DNA of 64,000 nucleotides from Legionellaceae bacterium (lineage in GTDB: Bacteria > Pseudomonadota > Gammaproteobacteria > Legionellales > Legionellaceae). The stretch lies in contig CANJHO010000001.1 in the NCBI GenBank assembly GCA_947474165.1, positions 18 through 64,017 of the forward strand, in the 5' to 3' direction. Position numbers and translations under genes: made by a program. The notes under the pieces were generated by a model. It did not search any database. It had not been told where the DNA came from and worked only from the letters and a program-made list of their open reading frames with translations. Below are positions 52,701 to 60,701 of the stretch, in pieces. Positions within the stretch are counted from its first letter, which is position 1. Every line of letters starts with the position of its first letter.

Positions 52701-53375
52701 TCATCCCCTTACTGGAACACTCGTTTGTTGCGAAATCAAGGCAACCAACTCTTCTTGAAACAAATCATAACGATTCAACAGCGCATTCGCACGCGTTGTG
52801 TATCGGTTATAGGCAATAACGGCGGGAATCGCTGTAAAAAGACCCAAGGCAGTAGCGACCAACGCTTCAGAGATACCAGGGGCCACCATGGCAATTGTGG
52901 CTTGCTGTGCCTGACCCAAGGCTTGAAGGGTGGTCATGATCCCAAGTACTGTACCAAATAAGCCAACATAGGGCGCGATAGAACCTACAGACGCAAATAA
53001 GGGCAGATGCTGCTCTAAACATTCTGCTTCTTTGGCTTGACTAATTTGCATCACGCGCTGAATGGGGAGCAAATCAATGTTGCCTTGTTGACGAACCCGC
53101 ATAAATTCTTTAAACCCCGCATGAAAAATAGCGGCAATCCCTTCTTTTTCAGACTGATTACTGTCAATGTCTGCATACAGTTTGCTTAAATCTGTACTGG
53201 CCCAAAACCGCAAATTAAATGCATCATATGCTTGTTTTTTTAATTTAAAATACCAGGCTCTCTGTAAAATAAGCGTCCATGATGCAATGGATGCAAACAA
53301 CAAAATGAGCATGACCAATTTAACAACCATGCCGGCTTGGAAGAAATAACTTAAAATACTCATGTGATTAACCAT
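52701..53375 (-). CDS. tolQ: Tol-Pal system protein TolQ (MotA/ExbB family)
   Basis: Three TM segments. Motif APYVGLFGTVLGIM. Confidence 0.92.
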   Translation of the reverse strand: MVNHMSILSYFFQAGMVVKLVMLILLFASIASWTLILQRAWYFKLKKQAYDAFNLRFWASTDLSKLYADIDSNQSEKEGIAAIFHAGFKEFMRVRQQGNIDLLPIQRVMQISQAKEAECLEQHLPLFASVGSIAPYVGLFGTVLGIMTTLQALGQAQQATIAMVAPGISEALVATALGLFTAIPAVIAYNRYTTRANALLNRYDLFQEELVALISQQTSVPVRG

Positions 53376-53404
53376 ATTATACCCTCTTATTCTTGTCTAA
53401 ATTT

Positions 53405-54415
53405 CTAATCATGATGTTCCGAAACCATACCAAAATGTTGATAAGCCAAGGGAGTCGCAATCCGCCCTCTGGAGGTCCTCATTAAAAAACCCTGCTGAAT
53501 TAAAAAAGGTTCAATGACATCTTCAATGGTCCCTTTTTCTTCACCAATCGCTGCCGCAATACTTTCTATGCCAACCGGGCCACCATCAAAACGCTCAAGA
53601 ATGGCAAGCAACAATTTTCTATCCATAATATCAAAACCATGTTGATCAACACGCAGCATATCAAGGGCTAAGCGGGCGATATCATGCGTGATAACGCCCT
53701 GCCCTTTCACTTCAGCATAATCGCGTACGCGCCGTAACAGCCTATTGGCAATGCGAGGTGTTCCTCGAGCGCGCATTGCAATTTCATGCGCCCCTTGACT
53801 GTCTGTTGGGACCTGCAATAATTTCGCTGATCGCGTTACAATGCACGTTAAGGCCTCTACTGAATAAAACTCTAATCGTTGCACAATGCCGAAGCGATCA
53901 CGTAATGGAGAAGTTAAGGAACCTGCACGGGTTGTTGCGCCCACCAAAGTAAAGGGGGGTAACTCCAATTTAATAGATCGCGCCGCAGGCCCCTCCCCAA
54001 TCAGGATATCTAGTTTGTAATCCTCCATCGCGGGATATAAAATCTCCTCGATAACAGGACTTAAGCGATGAATTTCATCAATAAACAAGACATCATTTTT
54101 TTGAAGATTAGTAAGGATTGCCGCAATATCGCCTGCCCGCTCAAGCACAGGTCCTGAAGTTTGGCGCAAATTAACACCCATTTCATGCGCAATGATATTC
54201 GCAAGCGTTGTTTTCCCAAGACCAGGTGGCCCAAAAATCAGTACATGATCTAGGGCATCTTGACGTTTAATCGCTGCATCAATAAAAATTCGCATTTGCA
54301 AGCACACTTCATCTTGACCAATATATTCATCAAGACTCAATGGACGTATGGCTCTGTCGAACACATCCTCAGACTCAATAGATTGCATACTAGTTAAACG
54401 ATCACTTTCAAGCAT
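53405..54415 (-). CDS. ruvB: Holliday junction branch migration helicase RuvB
   Basis: [11 protein letters not shown]alker [10 protein letters not shown], and the AAA+ arginine sensor region. Confidence 0.97.
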   Translation of the reverse strand: MLESDRLTSMQSIESEDVFDRAIRPLSLDEYIGQDEVCLQMRIFIDAAIKRQDALDHVLIFGPPGLGKTTLANIIAHEMGVNLRQTSGPVLERAGDIAAILTNLQKNDVLFIDEIHRLSPVIEEILYPAMEDYKLDILIGEGPAARSIKLELPPFTLVGATTRAGSLTSPLRDRFGIVQRLEFYSVEALTCIVTRSAKLLQVPTDSQGAHEIAMRARGTPRIANRLLRRVRDYAEVKGQGVITHDIARLALDMLRVDQHGFDIMDRKLLLAILERFDGGPVGIESIAAAIGEEKGTIEDVIEPFLIQQGFLMRTSRGRIATPLAYQHFGMVSEHHD

Positions 54416-54505
54416 TCAGAGGGCAGCGTAAATAAGGGTTATAGGATTCTAACACAGGTTTTATAGGTATATAATCCAATATTAAAAGTTTCTAGGATTA
54501 AATCA

Positions 54506-55603
54506 ATGACCACGCATTTTCACACCAGGCTCATTTCTCTCGATGTATTTAGGGGAATTATTGTCGCATTGATGATCTTGGTCAATAGCCCTGGGAATCA
54601 CACCGCTTATGTATGGCTTGAACATTCAGTTTGGAATGGGTTTACCTTGGCTGATTTGGTGTTTCCATCATTTATCTTTATTGTTGGGGTGTCCTTGGCA
54701 ATCAGCTTAAGTAAAGCTCAAGAAAAACATCTATCATTCCAACAACTTTTCCCTAAAATTCTAATCCGTACCGTGGTTTTATTTTCAGTGGGGCTATTCT
54801 TAAATGCTTTCCCCCATCATTTCGATTTTGGCACACTTCGTGTTTTTGGTGTATTACAGCGAATTGCGATTTGCTATTTTATTGCGGCCACCTTATTTCT
54901 AACCACACGAATATCCACCCAAGCCTTAATCATGTTGGGATTAATGATAGGTTATTGGCTCCTCATGACAAGACTATCTGGGGTCTATGATTTAAGTCCT
55001 AAAGGAAATTATGCAGCGTTTATTGACCGTCATCTCTTTTCATCAGCCCATTTATATGGAAAAGTATTTGATCCAGAAGGCTTATTGAGCACGCTCCCTG
55101 CTATTTCAACCGCATTACTAGGCAATTTAACCGGCGCATGGCTTAATTCATCCCATTCTCAGAATAAAAAAGTCATGCATTTAACCCTAGCCGGTTTTTT
55201 TGCAGTTGTAGCCGGTTGGCTTTGGGGCTTGTGGTTTCCTATTAATAAAGCACTCTGGACGAGTTCTTATGTATTATTTGCTGGTGGGTTTTCAGTCCTC
55301 ATCCTTGCCCTTTGTTATTGGCTTATTGAGGTAAAATCATTAAAAAAATGGTCCAGGCCTTTTGAGATTTTTGGACTGAATGCCATGCTAGCCTATGTAT
55401 TGCATGTGATTTTTTTAAAAATTCAGGCTGCAATTTCTATTCCAGGACCAACCGGTAAGACTAGTAATCTACGCGTATTCATTACAGAACACCTATTTGG
55501 TTGGGCTTCTTTAGAGAATGCATCCTTATTCTATGCTGGTTGTTATACAATACTCTGGCTTCTAATCATATGGCTCTTTGTGATTAAAAAATCCAAGCGC
55601 TAA
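54506..55603 (+). CDS. Heparan-alpha-glucosaminide N-acetyltransferase-like (DUF1624/DUF5009) membrane acyltransferase
   Basis: RLISLDVFRGIIVALMILVNSPGN N-terminal signature. About 10 TM segments. Confidence 0.65.
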   Translation: MTTHFHTRLISLDVFRGIIVALMILVNSPGNHTAYVWLEHSVWNGFTLADLVFPSFIFIVGVSLAISLSKAQEKHLSFQQLFPKILIRTVVLFSVGLFLNAFPHHFDFGTLRVFGVLQRIAICYFIAATLFLTTRISTQALIMLGLMIGYWLLMTRLSGVYDLSPKGNYAAFIDRHLFSSAHLYGKVFDPEGLLSTLPAISTALLGNLTGAWLNSSHSQNKKVMHLTLAGFFAVVAGWLWGLWFPINKALWTSSYVLFAGGFSVLILALCYWLIEVKSLKKWSRPFEIFGLNAMLAYVLHVIFLKIQAAISIPGPTGKTSNLRVFITEHLFGWASLENASLFYAGCYTILWLLIIWLFVIKKSKR

Positions 55604-55613
55604 GGAGAAATAA

Positions 55614-56621
55614 ATGCAGACTACGGGTCTTTTCCCTAACACACGATTGAGACGCTTAAGAGGCAATGCCAGCCTCCGATCCTTAGTCCAAGAAACCAGC
55701 CTTAATATCAATAAACTGGTATTACCTTTATTTATCAAACACGGAAAAGGAATCAAGCACCCTATCGCCTCCATGCCAGGACATTTTCAGCTGAGCATCG
55801 ATCAATTAGAAGAAGAAATTAAAAGCATTTGTGATTTAGGGATTAAGTATATTATTTTATTTGGGATTCCCCTGAATAAAGATGCCTGTGGATCAGAAGG
55901 TTATTCAGATAAAGGCATTATCCAAATGGCTTTACCCATTATAAAAAAAATAGCACCTGACCTATTAGTCATCACGGATGTGTGTTGTTGTGAGTACACC
56001 GACCATGGCCACTGCGGTATCATTGATTCAGAAAAAAGCAATACCGAAATTTATGTTGATAATGATAAAAGCTTGGATTTATTAGTTCGATCAGCGGTGA
56101 GCCATGCCAAAGCTGGAGCAGATATCATAGCCCCTAGCGCCAATATGGATGGCATGGTCATCCGTATTCGTGAAGGCCTGGATGCAGCAGGCTTTCAGCA
56201 CCTTCCTATTCTCAGTTATTCCGCTAAATATGCCTCATCAATGTATGGTCCATTTAGGCAAGCTGCAGAAGGAACACCTCAATACGGAGACCGGAAGACC
56301 TATCAAATGGATTATGGAAATGCCGCTGAAGCCCTTCGTGAGTGTGCTCTTGATATTGCTGAAGGCGCTGATATGTTGATGGTTAAACCTGCTCATACCT
56401 ACCTTGATATTATCCACCGTGTAAAATCAGAGTTTCCCTATTTGCCCTTGGCGGCCTACCACACCAGTGGTGAATTTGCGATGATCAAAGCGGCCGCTGA
56501 AAAAGGATGGATCGATGAAAAAAACAGCGTATTAGAAATACTCACCGCCATTCAACGCGCAGGGGCCGATTTTATTATTAGTTACTATGCTAAAGAGGTT
56601 GCTGAATGGGCTAATTTTTGA
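55614..56621 (+). CDS. hemB: Porphobilinogen synthase (delta-aminolevulinate dehydratase), Zn-type
   Basis: DVCCCEYTDHGHCG cysteine-rich metal site. Active-site lysine contexts. AAGGAG lies before the ATG. Confidence 0.95.
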   Translation: MQTTGLFPNTRLRRLRGNASLRSLVQETSLNINKLVLPLFIKHGKGIKHPIASMPGHFQLSIDQLEEEIKSICDLGIKYIILFGIPLNKDACGSEGYSDKGIIQMALPIIKKIAPDLLVITDVCCCEYTDHGHCGIIDSEKSNTEIYVDNDKSLDLLVRSAVSHAKAGADIIAPSANMDGMVIRIREGLDAAGFQHLPILSYSAKYASSMYGPFRQAAEGTPQYGDRKTYQMDYGNAAEALRECALDIAEGADMLMVKPAHTYLDIIHRVKSEFPYLPLAAYHTSGEFAMIKAAAEKGWIDEKNSVLEILTAIQRAGADFIISYYAKEVAEWANF

Positions 56622-56657
56622 GTAGTATAGCACGCTAAATTTGCAGGAGTATTTATT

Positions 56658-57053
56658 GTGATGGATCTCACCCAGTTAATGATAAAAAAAGCCTTTAACG
56701 CATTACAGTATGCTTATGCCCCCTACTCCCACTACCTGGTCTCTGCCTGTATTTGTAGTGGGGATGGAAGTCTATCTATCGGGGTCAACGTTGAAAATAG
56801 CGCGTATGGTCTCACCATCTGTGCTGAACGTTCTGCTATTTGCCAAATGGTTGCTGCAGGACAACGTGAAATACAAAGCATGGTGCTCATGGCTTTTGAT
56901 AATGCACTGTGTGCCCCTTGTGGTGCTTGCCGTCAATGTATTTATGAATTTTCCACCCCGAAAACCCTGATTCATTTATGTAATCAAGAGACGATATTAC
57001 AAACAATGACTCCGGATGAACTTTTACCCATGGCTTTTAGCCTTAAAGGATAA
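56658..57053 (+). CDS. cdd: Cytidine deaminase (small tetrameric type)
   Basis: CAERSAI and CAPCGACRQ zinc motifs. 131 aa. Confidence 0.9.
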   Translation: MMDLTQLMIKKAFNALQYAYAPYSHYLVSACICSGDGSLSIGVNVENSAYGLTICAERSAICQMVAAGQREIQSMVLMAFDNALCAPCGACRQCIYEFSTPKTLIHLCNQETILQTMTPDELLPMAFSLKG

Positions 57054-57057
57054 CCTC

Positions 57058-57879
57058 ATGAACAATACTTCAGCCCATTTAGCCTCAGCGATCATCAAAG
57101 AGCGTAGGCCCTCTTTCAAACCAACCATCGGTATTGTTCTGGGCTCAGGCTTAGGTAGCTTTGCTGAGCAGCTTGATGATGCACTTACCATCAACTATGA
57201 AGAACTACCTGGTTTTCCTAAATTAACCGTGGTGGGTCATGGTGGTCATTTGGTATTGGGATATTTAGGTGGTGTGGGGGTCGTTTGCCTTCAAGGTCGC
57301 GCTCACAGCTATGAAGGGGCTAATCATGAGACGGTTAAAACTTATATACGCACCTTAAAACTATTAGGTTGTGATCATTTTTTAGCAACCAATGCATCAG
57401 GCTCTCTTCGAAAAGAAGTCGGCCCAGGTGAGCTGATGTTAATAACCGATCACATTAATATGCAACCTGGAAACCCCTTGGTAGGCCCTAATGATGACGA
57501 ATTTGGCCCACGCTTCCTCCCCCTAGACAATGCCTATGATCATTCGCTTCGCGAGCGACTACTGCGAATTGCTCAGGATGAGCACATTGCCCTACATCAG
57601 GGGGTCTATTTGGCTGTACTAGGGCCTAACTATGAAACAGCTGCTGAAATCAGGGCGTTTGCCATCATGGGCGCCGATGCGGTCGGCATGTCAACCGTCC
57701 CTGAGGTGTTAATAGCGAACCACTGTGGGATGAACGTTGCGGTGATTGCCACCATCACCAATTATGCAACAGGACTTGACCACACAAGCCATAGTCATGA
57801 AGCAGTCGTCGCCACTGCATCAAAGGCTGCAGAAAAATTAAATCGATTAATCAAACGTTTTGTTGTTGAATTGGCATGA
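57058..57879 (+). CDS. Purine nucleoside phosphorylase (trimeric PNP/XapA/PunA type)
   Basis: GSGLGSF, GRAHSYEG, GPNYETAAE and GMSTVPEV motifs. ATG 57058 lies 7 nt after AAGGA. Confidence 0.9.
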   Translation: MNNTSAHLASAIIKERRPSFKPTIGIVLGSGLGSFAEQLDDALTINYEELPGFPKLTVVGHGGHLVLGYLGGVGVVCLQGRAHSYEGANHETVKTYIRTLKLLGCDHFLATNASGSLRKEVGPGELMLITDHINMQPGNPLVGPNDDEFGPRFLPLDNAYDHSLRERLLRIAQDEHIALHQGVYLAVLGPNYETAAEIRAFAIMGADAVGMSTVPEVLIANHCGMNVAVIATITNYATGLDHTSHSHEAVVATASKAAEKLNRLIKRFVVELA

Positions 57880-58649
57880 ATTTAGATGATCGATTAACCA
57901 ATGTATTGCGTGATGTGCATTCTCGAATACAAGACACTCAATCACCTTCTGTGGATGAAATTCTGTCACTCATTGATTTAACCAATCTTGATCCCATGGC
58001 GACGCCAATGGAGATAAACCGGCTTGCAACGAGTGCCTACGAGCACCATACCGCAGCAATTTGTATTTTACCGGAACACCTTCATCATGTACCAGTTGAA
58101 AACTCTATTAGACGGGCCACAGTGATGAATTTCCCCTATGGCAATTTTCAAATCAAAGAAGTATTACAAACTATTGATCAAGCAGCACGCGGTGAACGAT
58201 TAGATGAAATTGATTATGTTTTTCCTTATCAGAGCTATTTGTCAGGAGATCAAGTTCAGGCCCTTTCTGATTGCAACGAAGTGTATCGATCTTGCAAAGA
58301 ACATCAGCTGACTTTTAAAGTCATACTAGAAACAGGCGCCCTACCCTCTAATGATATGATTTATGAGCTAAGCACTTCTATTCTGCAGCAAGGCTGCGAT
58401 TTTATCAAAACGTCTACAGGAAAAATTGCCAATGGCGCAACCCTCCCTGCCGTATTTTCAATTCTTTCAGCCATCCTTGACACCAATATCTCCTGTGGGA
58501 TTAAAGTGTCAGGGGGTATAAAAACAACTGAACAAGCGCATACCTACATCCGATTAGCCACCTATATGTTGAATATACCGGTGAACAACCAATGGTTTCG
58601 TTTCGGTGCAAGTAGCTTGCTGGATAATTTATTGAGAACCTACATTTAA
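57876..58649 (+). CDS. deoC: Deoxyribose-phosphate aldolase (long E. coli type)
   Basis: LIDLTNL, IDYVFPY, DFIKTSTGK (Schiff-base Lys) and FRFGASSLL motifs. Confidence 0.9.
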   Translation: MNLDDRLTNVLRDVHSRIQDTQSPSVDEILSLIDLTNLDPMATPMEINRLATSAYEHHTAAICILPEHLHHVPVENSIRRATVMNFPYGNFQIKEVLQTIDQAARGERLDEIDYVFPYQSYLSGDQVQALSDCNEVYRSCKEHQLTFKVILETGALPSNDMIYELSTSILQQGCDFIKTSTGKIANGATLPAVFSILSAILDTNISCGIKVSGGIKTTEQAHTYIRLATYMLNIPVNNQWFRFGASSLLDNLLRTYI

Positions 58650-58676
58650 TCCGTTAGGGATAAATTCTAAACACAC

Positions 58677-58720
58677 CTTAATTTTTCTTTAATAATTCCT
58701 TAATAATCGGCGTGTATAAT
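58677..58720 (+). promoter_or_regulatory. Triple PmrA-type direct repeat plus -10 (CTTAATTTT-TC-TTTAATAAT-TC-CTTAATAAT-N7-TATAAT)
   Basis: Three TTAAT-centred 9-mers with an exact 11-bp period (58677, 58688, 58699). TATAAT at 58715-58720. The spacing to the -10 is the same 7 nt as at 21721. Confidence 0.55.
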
Positions 58721-58845
58721 TTCGCGCAAGCTCTCAATAATCATGGGAAATCTTAAAAATACACATAGAAACACTGAGAAAAAAATTGACAAATTTATGA
58801 ACAATATGTAAACTTGTTCCATCCTTCAACCGAGGCTATCGATTC

Positions 58846-59982
58846 ATGCGTTGTTTTATTAGTTTTCTGATTTTTTGGTGCGTATTTTTCAATACAAATG
58901 CTCAAAACATTGATTGTCAAAAACAACATTGTATTGCAGTGGTTGACGCCGGCAGCACCGGCTCAAGACTTCATATTTATGCCTATGACTTAGATGAAAA
59001 CAATAATCCAACACGAATTAGTGAACGTTGGTCTCAAAAAATAAAACCAGGTTTTTCCTCTTTAAACCCTAATCAGGAGGTTATCAATGCCTACCTAACT
59101 GTTTTGTTTGCCGGCTCCCCCGAGAAAAACTTACCAGTCTATTTTTATGGAACAGGTGGCATGCGATTACTTCCTAACTCAAAGCAGCAGTTATATTACC
59201 AAGCATTAACCAATTGGTTTTCTAATCAGAATCAATGGCTGTTGAAGAATGCTAAAACAATTAGTGGGCGTGAGGAAGGAGCATTTGGCTGGCTTGCTGT
59301 AAATTATAAACAAGGGGCTTTTTCTTCACCCGACAAGCCATTATTGAGCGTGATGGACATGGGTGGAGCCTCTGTTCAACTGACATTCCCTGTAGAAAAT
59401 ACTGATGAAATTGACCCGGAAGATCTATTTAGCATTGATGTACAGGGTCGACACCTTGTCTTGTATACGCATAGCTTCCTTAGGTTAGGCCAAATGGTCT
59501 TTTTAGAACAATTTACAAACATAGAGAGCTGTTTTTCCATGGGTTATGAACTGCCTAATGGTTCGCTTGGAAAAGGTGATACACAGACTTGTAAGCAAGC
59601 AGTATCTAAAATAATAAATACTATCCACGAAGTAAGACATACAGTAAAACCCGCGATGGATAGGAAAGCATCAAATCGATGGTTTGCTTTGGGTGGGGTG
59701 GCATCTCTGGCTGAGAACAAGCCGCTCGCATTTGAAAATCAACAATTTACTAATCAAGAACTGTTAGAACGAGCGGATAATGAAGTCTGCCACAGGCCCT
59801 GGCTTGATTTATTGACCGAAAACCCGAACAACCCTTACCTTTACGGCGCTTGTTTTTTTTCATCCTATTATTACTCACTGATGGTCGATGGGTATGGGAT
59901 TAAAAAAGAAGAACCCATCAATTATATCCCCCAAGCCGATAACATTGACTGGTCTTTGGGTGTGGTATTGCACCAACATTAG
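58846..59982 (+). CDS. GDA1/CD39-family nucleoside triphosphate diphosphohydrolase (ecto-NTPDase/apyrase), secreted
   Basis: Apyrase conserved regions: VVDAGSTGSRLHIY (ACR1), YGTGGMRLL (ACR2), GREEGAFGWLAVNY (ACR3), VMDMGGASVQLTF (ACR4). N-terminal signal peptide. Confidence 0.9.
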   Translation: MRCFISFLIFWCVFFNTNAQNIDCQKQHCIAVVDAGSTGSRLHIYAYDLDENNNPTRISERWSQKIKPGFSSLNPNQEVINAYLTVLFAGSPEKNLPVYFYGTGGMRLLPNSKQQLYYQALTNWFSNQNQWLLKNAKTISGREEGAFGWLAVNYKQGAFSSPDKPLLSVMDMGGASVQLTFPVENTDEIDPEDLFSIDVQGRHLVLYTHSFLRLGQMVFLEQFTNIESCFSMGYELPNGSLGKGDTQTCKQAVSKIINTIHEVRHTVKPAMDRKASNRWFALGGVASLAENKPLAFENQQFTNQELLERADNEVCHRPWLDLLTENPNNPYLYGACFFSSYYYSLMVDGYGIKKEEPINYIPQADNIDWSLGVVLHQH

Positions 59983-60005
59983 AGCTAAACCAGCAGCGCA
60001 AGATG

Positions 60006-60034
60006 ATGACATGTCTTCAACAGAGGTATATAAT
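60006..60034 (+). promoter_or_regulatory. Sigma70-like promoter for tRNA-Thr
   Basis: ATGACA, then a 17-nt spacer, then TATAAT. The -10 ends 11 nt before the tRNA 5' end. Confidence 0.45.
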
Positions 60035-60045
60035 TTGCCGAGTTA

Positions 60046-60118
60046 GCCGCTGTAGCTCAGTTGGTAGAGCAATTGATTCGTAATCAGGAGGTCGGGTGTT
60101 CGATTCACCCCAGCGGCA
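60046..60118 (+). tRNA. tRNA-Thr (anticodon CGU)
   Basis: Manual cloverleaf: acceptor GCCGCTG/CAGCGGC, D arm GCTC-AGTTGGTA-GAGC, anticodon loop TTCGTAA, T arm GGGTG-TTCGATT-CACCC, discriminator A. CCA is not encoded. Confidence 0.9.
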
Positions 60119-60246
60119 TCAGTTTTAGTAAGGGCTGCAGAGGGTTTGTAAAAATATAAAACAGCGAAATGGGGCACTGGTGGGGCACTAGGTAATAACA
60201 AATCACAACAACGATCCTCACTTGTGGTCTGTTAAGGGATATTCAA

Positions 60247-60567
60247 ATGTTTGCAGTAATCTATCGATCGTACATTAAGCCAGAGCTAGAAGAAGAGTAT
60301 CAGAATTTATGGAAACAGGTTGCTAGTTATTTTATCCAGCATAGAGGTGCGATTGGTTCATGTCTTCATAAGACGGAAGATGGAATATGGCTGGCTTATT
60401 CAAGATGGCCAGATAAAGCCACTCGTGATGCATCATGGTCTAATGATGGTAGCATTAATGACCTACCAAGTTTTATTAACGAAGCAATTACAAAAATGAA
60501 AGACTGCGGGGATTCAGATCGCAAATTATCGGAAATTTGCATGGAAGTTGTTGAGGACTTGCTTTAA
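60247..60567 (+). CDS. Antibiotic-biosynthesis-monooxygenase (ABM)-like small protein
   Basis: 106 aa. MFAVIYRSYIKPELEEEYQNLWKQV...GAIGSCLHKTEDGIWLAYSRWPDKATRD fits the ABM/ferredoxin-like fold pattern. Confidence 0.55.
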   Translation: MFAVIYRSYIKPELEEEYQNLWKQVASYFIQHRGAIGSCLHKTEDGIWLAYSRWPDKATRDASWSNDGSINDLPSFINEAITKMKDCGDSDRKLSEICMEVVEDLL

Positions 60568-60701
60568 TTGGAATAAAGAAATTTGGGTTATCCATTACTT
60601 GCAAGCCAGCGAGAAATAAATTGTGAACTCGATAATAGTTATTCTATTACCGAGTTTCAAAAAGTGCGCCATGGCAAAAATAACAAGACAAAAACCGCAG
60701 T

